Origin: Owenia fusiformis
Taxonomy: Eukaryota
DNA: 64,000 nucleotides
Direction of reading: 5' to 3'
NCBI GenBank assembly: GCA_903813345.2
Contig: CAIIXF020000001.1
Span: 5,208,001 to 5,272,000 of the forward strand
Each line of letters opens with the position of its first letter. The first letter of the stretch is position 1. Below, piece after piece: positions 13,901-25,900 of this stretch. Both the position numbers and the translations under genes were made by a program. The notes beneath the pieces are model-generated. The model did not search any database, was not told the origin of the DNA, and worked only from the letters and a program-made list of their open reading frames with translations.

Positions 13901-16900
13901 AAATTCATTAATTTATTAATTGACAGTGTACATTTTAGCTAAATTTACCAGTACACGTAGCAGCTAAGTGCTTGCCCATAGCCACTCCTCTTCGCAAATT
14001 ACATCGCCATTGTTCGTCATCGAAATTCTGATCGCCGAATAGTAAACATTCATTTTGTATTGGATGTACATAACTAGAGACCGCCTTATTTCGCATATAT
14101 GAAAAAATAAAACATATCTAGGTACATATATAAGGGTTATGTACTGGGAGGTTTCGGATATGGGGTTTATCCAGAGGGAGATATGCATATCTACCTGAGG
14201 GACCGTAGGGACCGAAGGTAGATGTGCATATCTCACGAGGGATGAACCCAATATTCAAACCAACCGTACATAACTGCTTTATCCTATACCAAGTAGAGTT
14301 TTCAGCGGCATATGGCCATTTCAATAGTACAAAGTGTAAAAATAAACACACCATTCGTATGCAAAGTCATTTTATTGCATTTCCACTACTTACCGGAAGC
14401 GGGAAGATATGCACCGAAGCGGGAGATATGGCGGGAGATATGGAGGTTCTGGATATGGAAACCTCAAAATCAGAATACGGGATATATCTTACCAACTTAT
14501 CTCCCTAAAACTCTACTTGGCATAGGATAAATCTTTATATGTGACATCGATCAGGAATTATTGACATATTGACAATATTAGGTTGTAATTTCTTGCGGTA
14601 AATTCAAATTGTATCTTTAAACGACTGTTTCATCTTAACTATTCGTTTTATTGGATGTAAAACAAACGGTATGCATAGTTTAACATCTTTCACTTCTAAA
14701 ACAGCATAAAATATCACAATATCATCACCTAATGCTGCAATAATACGACTTAAAAGATTATGGTACTAATATTCTTTGGTTTTTAGGTGCCATGCCTCGT
14801 CTTTACCATCACCCTTAAAATTAGGTCCGCTCACTAAGCATAGGGTGAGTTATAGACGATTATATTTTTTGTGAATGAATAGAACCATGGGTATTGCGCT
14901 CACATGGGAAGGTTTCAATATTTTTAATGTTTTGCAGGAGGAGCTTAGAATAATCAGGGGATTCATTAGCAGCAGGTAACAGCCCATTGTTTTTAGGGAC
15001 TTTTCAATTTCTCTTTGTTAAATTTATCATGTTGTTTTCATTTATTAAGCCTGTTGTGAGAAACGGATGGATGGTTTTTTTCAAAAAATGGCAGCCATTT
15101 TGAATTTGAGCTGCCATCTTGAAAAAAATTTCAGAGCTTCATCATCCCTAGGCATCAGCATATAAGATTTAAGCCAAATCCATCCACGAGTATTTGAGTT
15201 ATCAAAGATTATATTTTTACGTAAAATGGCAGCTCTTTTGAATTGAGCAGCCATATTGAAAATTCCTTCTTGAGCATAGGTCGTACACCTTTGAGGCATT
15301 AGTCTATAAAATTTGAATCAAATCTGTCTACTAGTATTTGAGTTATCGCACGGACAGATGAATGAACTAACGGACAGACAAACAGACAGATGGACGGACA
15401 GCTTTCCTATATCCCCCACAAACTTCTTTCGATGGGATAATGAGAGACATTCACCTTTTCAAATAAACTGACTTGATAAATGTGTCCATTGCTACAACCG
15501 ACAAAAAGGGTACTTTCTGCAGAATCCAGGACAACAGAAGTCAAGGAAGTGTCAAATGTGATGTTAAACAACATCTCTCCTGATATGATGTCCCATAGCT
15601 AAAAAACAAAAGGCATGTATCTGTACATGTATATTAATTATATGATCAAAAGGTGTCCACTTAAAAACATATTATCATGCCTAAACATCGACAATGTACA
15701 GTGACAAAATATACTGTCGTACGTTCACTTTAGATGTTCGGTGTCACTATTAACTGATTTGAAACAAAAACTATGATGTAGGTTTGATGAAGGTTTTAAA
15801 AAATTAATTTTTGGAATACATTAAGGATTTCATGTTTAATTTCGCGTGTATTCACTTGGAAACACCATTAGCTTTCTGATTATGTTATTCTGATTCTCAA
15901 GCAGTGCTTGATTTTTTTTGTCGTAAATCTACCCAAAAAATTGATCGTTTGGAAAATGTTGTTTTTTCACATTTTAGAGTGGAGAAGGGGGACCTAATAA
16001 TATTTCTGCTCCACATGTCCTAGTTCACAATTTATGACATCATGCCACTTTTGAAAATCTGAATAAATACCTGTTTATTTGAAATGAAGATTGTTCACAT
16101 ACCTTACAGGTGTGATCTAACGAGACAGTGGCCACCCTTGTTTGTGGACCCCCACATCCAACACATACATCTGTCACAGGTAGACTGTGCTTCATCCAAA
16201 CATGCTTTGGCTCAACAGACTGACCATTAGACTGCTGATTTAAAACACTGAAATAAAGCACATGAAATATAAGTAGTTCTGAACTAAACTAGAAAAACAG
16301 CAACTCCCTAGATAAGCTTAATTCCACAAACAAATAATATTTATAAAATCACTCATCCTTTTTAATATCACAAGACAGAAATAACAAGGACAAAGTACAG
16401 AAGTACAGTATCATTGTCTCCTTCGAGTTTGATTCAGATTTAAGTTTTTACATAGCATGTTTTACATAAAATTAGTTCAGATGATATTTTTGCTCTATTC
16501 TAATCTTATTTTTTTGCTAAAAAATGTAACCTTGAGAATTCTTTTCAATGTTTTTAGTGTTCACTGGGATGTGAAAAGCTTGAATAACTGTTATGTACAC
16601 TGTACATTATCTGACATTGTATCGAAATGAAAATCTTTCTGAATCTTGTAATTTTTCTTCAAGAAATATATGATGACTTGGCCTTAATAAATAATAATTA
16701 GGAGGCCCCATTGGGGCATCCATCCATCCACCCACCCATAATTAGGAGGCCCCATCAGGGCATCCATCCATCCATCAATCCATCCATAAAAAGTGATTAT
16801 GAATTTTTGCTGATTTCTTTTTACAAAATTATTGCATATAATTATTGTAAACAATAACATAGGCTTTTACAACAAAGTACACCTGAAATTATTTATAAAG

Positions 16901-19900
16901 CTACGAAATAGTTAAAGTATGAAAACTCAAAAACACCATTCAAATATGATAAAATGAATTATCACGCACTAAATTTTCTTAAGACATTCAAAATGGCTGC
17001 CATGACTGATGTAGATCTAGAATGAAGTGAGCTGAACAAGATGTTAAAGTTAAAACTGTGAAGCCATTTTCCTTAAAGTTTGCAGACAAGGATTTTAGCA
17101 TTTGACTTTTTCATTTGATTTGATTTTTTCATCAACATCTGTATGCACTCATAATTTATCCCTGAAAATTTGAAGGTGATATCTGTGGCAGTTTTAGAGA
17201 AAACTGTCGGACGAACATACGGACGGACGGATGGAGAGACAGATGGACGGACGGATAGACAGACGGACAGACAGATGGACAGACGCGCCTAGGCCAACAA
17301 TATGGCCCTACACTATGTGATGGGGACATAAAAACATTTTGGACTGAAGCTAATAAAATGCATAAACTTACTCAGGAAGCGACCACACTAGTACAAGGTT
17401 GTCATCTCCTGCTGATATGAAATGACTGCCATCATTTGTGAACTTGAGGCATGTCACTGCCTGGTAGTGTCTGGATATGCTAATCAGAAGGTTACCTGAA
17501 CAGACCTAGAGATACAATAAAATCATTCTATAGTAACAGCTTGGGATTGGAAGATTTTTCATAAAAACATAACATTTTATGTTTCAACTCAGTTAATTCA
17601 TTATATAGAAGAAAACAGTAAAGTCTCCTTTTGGAAAAATTTACATCCATAATATGTGACTTTTTCCTGAGAAATGGTGACAATTTTGAGTCAGCATTTC
17701 TTTCTTTCATTTCTGATATTTAATTTGGGTGTTATATCTATGTTTTTCAGAAAAAAAATATTAACCCAATAGACTGCTCTCCAAAACGAGACTTGTCCTC
17801 AGTTGAAATAAATAAAATAACACATGGTCAGATGAGGGACATTTCAAAATTAAATACCTCCCAAATGTATATTTTCTCTGTAACTGCAGCAACACAATAT
17901 TTTCCATCAGGTGACACACATAGGGTTGAAATCTTTCCAGGGGCTATCATCTTCACATCATGTTGATCCTAGTGCAAAATGTTCATAATTTTAATACAGA
18001 TAATATGACTAGTTAAAAGAATATGTAAGCATTCATATACAGGGAGGTAAAAAAATGGAAACCCTAACCTCCATTTTCCTCATATCTTTGACCTTTTCCT
18101 GATATTTTACACATTTGTATATCATTTAATTTCCTACCAGTCTACCATATTCCATGACCACCGTCCACCAGACCCATAGTGACAGTGTGACAGCACTTTA
18201 AAGAACATGCTCTAGTGGCCACTATTGTGCTGTAGGAAAACCTGTAATCCAAAAGTCCCTACCTGACTTCTACTTATGGGATACACGAAAGATAAAGTGA
18301 ATGAGAATGACCTCAGGACAAGTCCAGACCTCAAAGTGAGATCATCCGTGTCATTCAGGCTATACCTGCTGAGGAATGCATATGGGTCATTGACAACTGT
18401 GCATGTTTGTCAACATTGGGATGGCCACACTTGCATGTTGAGCATGTTGTTCAATGTGCTGTAATATTGTGAATATCAGTCTGATGGTCATGAAATATGA
18501 TAGGCTTGTAGGAAATCGAATCATTTCTTAAAATGACAAAGATATTAGGAAAATGTAGGATTTCCTTTTTTACCACCCTGTAGAACGTGTTAGAAAATTT
18601 TTGTATTTTCAATAAATCAATATATTAAGAGGAACTAGACAACAGCAAAGCCAAAGCGTAGCAAATCCCATCGAACGGCAATGGATGGCTTTTTTACAAA
18701 CGAAATATATTGTGGGAAATTTAGGAATTCCCCACTTTATGTTATTTTAATAAAATTGTAATAATCTTTAATAAATTTAGAAGTTAATTGTTACATCTCA
18801 TATACAATATAAGAGGGACTCTCCCGGGAGTTATTAATTACACTGGACCGAAAGGTAAAGGGTATTTCCCCTAAAATTGGTCACGTGGGATCCCTGATTT
18901 ACAATAGTTGAACCTGGGGCTTGAGGAAGAAGAAGCGTAAGGAAGATGGCGGCCATTTAGCTTTGGATTGATGCTGAAACTTGTGGAGATATCGTAGGAG
19001 ATAAGTGTAATCTGTCATTAAGGATAATGACATTTATTCGAGAAGTATTTTGTGCTGTTGTTGAGGCAGTTTAATCTACACGGAAGTAGGTTTATTGGAC
19101 GTTTTGGAGAGGGAAAAGCGGGAGAGAATTAGGGCCATGTGTGGTGTGACTACCTGTTGATGACCCGAAGTTTGGAGTAAGGTATCTAGAAGCAGGAAGA
19201 CGCATGTGGTAAGGTAACCTTTTTCTATGGTTCGTATTCCATAGCTTCAAATGATGTTGAGGATGATGATGTGCTGATCATCTATTATTTTTGAGAAGCA
19301 GTGAATTATTTATAAGACTTTATTAAAGGTGCATTTATGTGCGTTTAACTTTGTATTTCCAAGCTAAATATTTCCATCTGGCTGCCAGTGTTGTCTTCCA
19401 AGTGTTTGATATCTAAGCCTGTGAACTTGATTCTCAGTTGCGGCATCTAAAAGTGAGCTGGAGGTAATTGGTACTTCCCGCGGAACTACCAGAGAGTGAC
19501 TGGGAATCAGTGTTGTTTATTGTTTATCAGAACCTGATTTATACAGTATTTTTATGCTTACATCAGTTTGAGATCGAGAATAACCTTTTCATAATTGTGC
19601 TTTTGGTATTTTCCTACTTTTGCTAATACAAGGGGAATCCATATCTCTGTAACAAATTAATTCATTATCATTTAGCTTGTCTGAACAAATACTCCTTACT
19701 TTACTTTCCTAACGTTTCTTTAGTTAACTTTGCATAGTTTTGCTAGCTGTGGAGTAAATTGATCTTTTGCCTTTGCTCCTCATGTGGATTATCAGGGAGT
19801 AATATAGATTGTTCATTTCTCATTAGAATTACTCATCTCCAGCATTGTTTCACTCTTATTGTAAGAGCTAATTTATTCAGGTTTACTCATTGGCCCTACA

Positions 19901-22900
19901 GAATCTACCAGTGAGCCGAGAGTAATTATTATTCTCCGCGGAACTAACAGAGAGTAGGCTAGGAGTAATCTGAGAGTGGAAAGAGTAAGTTGAAGAGCAA
20001 TTTGGAGTAATTAAGGAGTTGTCTGAAATTAGGAGTAATCTTGTGAGTAATCAAGGAGTAATTCAAGAGCAGGGGGAGCAAATTGAGAGCGATCGTATTA
20101 GCAGAGGAGGAGTAACTTGAGTAAACCAAGAGTATATTTGGAGTTACCTGTAGAATAACCAGGAGTATTGTGAATTTTGCTGTGAGGAGTAACCCAGAAT
20201 ATTAACCTTGTTCCTGAGAAGTAACCAGAGAGTAAATGAGACGATCACATAGGATCTTAGAAGAGACTGAGTAGCCAAGTGAATATAATTTTCAGGACAT
20301 TGAGAGTAGTATTTCTTTATGAACAATTCAGTGATGATAGACATTTGAGTTTTATTTTATCAGAGCATTTGAGTAATAATAAGGACTTTGAGATTACTCT
20401 TTGAGTATAGAAGGATAAATAAAGACAGTAGAAGTACATTATTTGAGTAAACTGATATTTTATTGTAACGTTTTATTGTACAAATATATGTGTTTTTGTT
20501 GCCATTAATTCTTGTCATGTACGTTTTCTTAAGCCGCAGTACCACCAAACCAGGTCTGCGCCCACGTAGATAATCTGTGAGAATCCCATAATAAAATATT
20601 TGTCAGTGACTTGACCTCTCCACACTACCACATTTTGGCCAGGTCCGACATTGGTGGCAGCGTCGGGATTTGCTTAGGGAGGACGTCCAAAAGAGAATAT
20701 GGCAACTAAACCAGAGGAAGGGATGGAATACATGGAATCCCAGACGGAAGGGAGAAGACAGGAGGAGGAGTCTGCTGATAATACTGTCTTCTTCCAAGGA
20801 GATAATGCTCAAATGGATATTGGGCTTGATGATACAGTGCCAGTCAGAAGAGACACGTTTAGTGGAACCGAATCTGCAAGACAAGCAGAGGAAAATCCAG
20901 CAGGAGCGAGGTCAAAGACTGGATACACAGTACAGGGAGAAGGTTATGGGATGACACCAGCAAGAGGTTACCCTTTAACATCCACTGTACTAGAAGGAAA
21001 ATCTCCAGGAGTAATTATGCCAATGGGACAGGAGCTACAGAGTCAGCAAGTCCAGATGTCTGTGTTAGACAGTCAACTGAAGGCGCTGGACCAGCAAAAC
21101 AGAACTATGTATGAGGATCTGAGGAGGGAAGTATACTCAGGTCAGGAAAATCTTCGAAGGGAAGTAAATGCAGGTCAGAGAGAGATCCAGACAGAGATAG
21201 AAAGACTGAGTGCAAGCCACCTGGAAGCCCAACAAGAAGCTAAAGGAGCGCTACAAGACGTTAAGGGCTTTCTGTCTATTCTAGTGCAGCGTCTTCCTGC
21301 TACTAAGGATGACAGTTGTTTCACTTCTGATGAGTCAGGGAGTAAACAAAAGCAGAGTTATGGGAGTACAATGGCTGCAAATCAAGAGCTAGATCAGAAG
21401 AGTAGACTAGACTCTCAACATACTCCAACCAGAGTAAATACTCAGCCGCAAGGAGATGTATGCTCTGGCATACATATGAAAAGGCCATCACTTCAGAGAC
21501 AAGATCAGTATGTTGGTGAGGAATTAGCATCACATCTTGGCAAAGGATGGTCACGGGAAGCTAAGATGGGGGGTGATAGTTGGCCATTATCCCAAGAATA
21601 TGGAAGGAGTTACTCTGAGCAATTGAGAGAGCAGGGAAGGTCTGCTCCATTGCTCAGAGAGGAGACGTATCAGATGCCTACCCAATACTCCCGAGAGCAG
21701 TTGGCCCAGGAGGGGGTTGGAGAAATCTGTGGCGGAGGAGAACTCGACAGGAGTGAGATAAGGAGAAGTAGGAGACATTCCCTACACTCTCCGATGGAGT
21801 ACCCTCCTGATCATCAGGATGGGAGGCAACCAGAGGAACTCATTGCTAATGTTCCAAATCCAGACCTAAGTAGAGGTACCCAGCAGAGAGTATCAACGGA
21901 AGCATTAGCTCCAGAGGTGAAAGAGGAGAAAGCAGCAGAGTCAGTGATTGTTACCAAGGTTCTGGACATGTGTACTAAGTTAATTGAGTCCAACAAAGGT
22001 CCACGGGTGCGAATAAAGCCAACACAAACCTTCGATGGTAGTACACCTTGGAAAGACTACAAGGCATATTTCTCTACATGTGTAGAGAACAACGGCTGGA
22101 CTCCAGATGAGAAAAGGCAGTATTTGGCTACCAATCTTCGTGGAGACGCCCAACAATTGGTGCTAGAACTAGAAGAGGGCTATTCCTATGAGGACTTAAT
22201 AGAGGCCCTGGAAAAGCGATTTGGACCTGGAGGGAAGGCTGACGTCTTCGAGGCTGAGTTGTGCAGTCGCACACGAAAGCCAAAGGAGTCCCTTCAGAGT
22301 TTGGGCCAGAATATCCGGCGTTTAGCTTCGTTAGCCTATCCTGAGATGAGCAGGATGGCTCAAGATAGGCTTGCCAGAAGGAGCTTTGAGCAAGCCATAC
22401 CAGATGATGATTTGCGACAAGCCATTCACAGGAAGGATCCAGAAACACTTGATAAGGCCATTGAGGTAGCTCTCAAAGAGGAAAGCTACCAGGAATCGGA
22501 AAGAATCAGGAGAGGCCTAAAATCTAAGAGGGATCATAAAATCTTGCAAGTTGATGAGGAAGATGATATAAGTACTAAACTGCAGCAAATACTAAAACCA
22601 GTGGAGCAGTTACTCGAAAAGACACTGGGAAAGATGAGTAAGGATATAGCCGATATCGCTAACAGAGGACCTTCTAAACGTACATTCAGTTGTAAAAAGT
22701 GCGGAGAGGAGGGACATAGAGTAAGATGGTGTCCAACAATTACATGTTATAATTGTGACAAACCTGGGCATTTGTCATTTGACTGTCCATTACCTGAGAA
22801 GCCAAAAAGAGAGAAAGATCAGTCCAGGACAGTAACCACCAATTCTGTGACTCCTGTGAGGTTTATGGCAGATCGTTATGAGGAGATAACTACAGGGAAT

Positions 22901-25900
22901 AGAGAGGAACTGGTGCGGAAGATAGTAGCAGATGTGGATATCTGTGGGACTAGGATGGAATTCCTTGTGGATTCAGGAGCTGTAAGCAGTATGCTAGGGT
23001 GGGGTTGCTATAATCGAATCTCAAAGAGGTGTCGTCCTTGTTTGAGGCCCTTAAGTCGTCTCTTTACTCAGGCAGATGGATCCCATTTAGCTGTGTATGG
23101 AATGATATCATGTGACATTGAACTAGATGGTAAAGTGATGCCGATGAATATAGTGGTAGCAGATATTGCCCAAGATGGTATCCTTGGATCAGAATACTTA
23201 TCTGCAAGTGGGGCAATTATAGACTATGCTGATCTCAGAATTTACTTCAAGGACCAAAACCAAGAGGAGAGAAAACCTGATGTAGAGAAAATAATGCTGG
23301 ATTCCTCCAACCAGTTGCAGAATAAACGAGAGAAAGATAGGGTCATTGAGAAAAGTTACTCAAGCAGGACCAAAAAGACAACATTCGACAGGAATGTAGA
23401 CGCTGATGATACTGAGATAGGGGGAGAGTATCCAGAGACAATTGGGATCTACGTTTGTAGTCAGGAGCAAGAGACTGAGAATTTAGTTTCTTGTAGGAGC
23501 AGCGATGGAACTTCTAAGAGATCTGAAGAGATAACCAATAAAGACTGCACCATTCAGAGCACAGAGATTCATCCAAATAAAGGTACGAGGATAAGATGTG
23601 AGAAATCCTGGAGTAATGAATCCAAAGAGAAGATCAATGAGGAGTTTACTACTGGAAATGACTCTCCAAAGAGTAAGCAGAGACAGAGAAAGGGTTTGAT
23701 GCAGAGGAAAAAGAAAGCGTTGTCCATTTCAAGTAACAAGGTTCAGGAGAGAAAATTACAAAGATGTACTTTGGGAAAAGCACTTCAAGTAAGCAAGGTG
23801 AAAAGTCTTACTAATGAGAAAATCCAAAGGGGAGATATGATAGTACAAATTCAAAGGAGGAGGATACCGAAGATTATAAGAAAAAATTTCCATCAGCGCC
23901 ATAACTTAGAAGGAAATGAAAAGAGGAACCTTACTCTGGGTTGTAAATCGGTACAGAGTAGAGATGGAAACCCTACTTCTAGAGGCAGCTCGCCAAATAG
24001 TAGAGAGCGACCATTGGATCGGAGAGGAAGGCCTACTCAGAGTAACTCAGAGAATAAGGTAAGCAGTCGGAATATTAATGAAGTTCGAGTGAGTAAGGCA
24101 GTAGTACCAACCCCATACAACAGATGTCTGAGGGGAAAGATGGAGCATTTGGAAACAGGACCTCTTGGTGAAGAGAGTAAAACAAAGGAACTTTATCAGA
24201 GAAGGCCATTCACAAGGAATAGAGTCAAGGGAGGGACCAGAGAAGACAACTCGCAGAAGAGCAAAGCTACATGGACTAGGAAGTTGTCACCCACTGAAGA
24301 AGGAGAAATAATTTCTATTCTGAGATTCTGGATAAGGAAGAGTAGAGAGTCTGCCTTTTGCAGAGAGGTGCCAACGAGTAAAACAAAGATGCCAATACAG
24401 AGTAGGGAACAATGTGTAGAGATCGGACTTACTCAGAGGGATAAGATGTTAGAGTGTGATAGAGGAGCCTTTACTGAGGACAGAGCACAGGACTACAGAG
24501 AGAAAAATTCTTTTAAAAGACAGTGATTACATGTTGAGAAGTAGAGATTGAAATGGGTATACTTAGAGGCGTTAAGTGATATATTTGTGTATGAAGAGTT
24601 TTATATGGAGTAGTTTTATACAGAACCTACTAGATAATTAGTGTTTGAATATGTGATAACTATAACACAGAGACATTTGAGAGTGTGAGTTCATGAGGAG
24701 TTTTGAAGCATCATAGACTATAAGATGTTAAATGTTATTTTTATAGTTGATTGAACTTTAGATTAAGATGGTCGTTTACTCATTACTCGAGCTAAGAGTA
24801 GCAATGCGAGGGCGCATTGATTTAAGATGGGGGGTGTGTGGGAAATTTAGGAATTCCCCACTTTATGTTATTTTAATTAAATTGTAATAATCTTTAATAA
24901 ATTTAGAAGTTAATTGTTACATCTCATATACAATATAAGAGGGACTCTCCCGGGAGTTATTAATTACACTGGACCGAAAGGTAAAGGGTATTTCCCCTAA
25001 AATTGGTCACGTGGGATCCCTGATTTACAATAGTTGAACCTGGGGCTTGAGGAAGAAGAAGCGTAAGGAAGATGGCGGCCATTTAGCTTTGGATTGATGC
25101 TGAAACTTGTGGAGATATCGTAGGAGATAAGTGTAATCTGTCATTAAGGATAATGACATTTATTCGAGAAGTATTTTGTGCTGTTGTTGAGGCAGTTTAA
25201 TCTACACGGAAGTAGGTTTATTGGACGTTTTGGAGAGGGAAAAGCGGGAGAGAATTAGGGCCATGTGTGGTGTGACTACCTGTTGATGACCCGAAGTTTG
25301 GAGTAAGGTATCTAGAAGCAGGAAGACGCATGTGGTAAGGTAACCTTTTTCTATGGTTCGTATTCCATAGCTTCAAATGATGTTGAGGATGATGATGTGC
25401 TGATCATCTATTATTTTTGAGAAGCAGTGAATTATTTATAAGACTTTATTAAAGGTGCATTTATGTGCGTTTAACTTTGTATTTCCAAGCTAAATATTTC
25501 CATCTGGCTGCCAGTGTTGTCTTCCAAGTGTTTGATATCTAAGCCTGTGAACTTGATTCTCAGTTGCGGCATCTAAAAGTGAGCTGGAGGTAATTGGTAC
25601 TTCCCGCGGAACTACCAGAGAGTGACTGGGAATCAGTGTTGTTTATTGTTTATCAGAACCTGATTTATACAGTATTTTTATGCTTACATCAGTTTGAGAT
25701 CGAGAATAACCTTTTCATAATTGTGCTTTTGGTATTTTCCTACTTTTGCTAATACAAGGGGAATCCATATCTCTGTAACAAATTAATTCATTATCATTTA
25801 GCTTGTCTGAACAAATACTCCTTACTTTACTTTCCTAACGTTTCTTTAGTTAACTTTGCATAGTTTTGCTAGCTGTGGAGTAAATTGATCTTTTGCCTTT

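Larger units (their letters stand above)
12409..14847. mobile_element. Non-autonomous DNA transposon with CAC termini and 5-bp TSD (Transib/CMC-like)
   Basis: ~55-bp terminal inverted repeats (TIRs) CACCCTATACTTAGTGAGCGGACCTAATTT...; TSD AGTTA at 12404-12408 and 14848-14852; no transposase ORF. Confidence 0.85.

Noticed and set aside
20144-20548. Duplicated small ORFs (also 26270-26674)
   Set aside because: Duplicated only because they lie in the LTRs; no recognisable protein features.
20603-22448. Short ORFs overlapping gag on other frames or the opposite strand
   Set aside because: Shadow ORFs of the long gag frame, with no motifs.
20699-24526. Domesticated gag gene (Arc/PNMA-like host gene)
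   Set aside because: Flanked by near-identical LTRs, PBS, PPT and TSD, so it is a recent mobile insertion.
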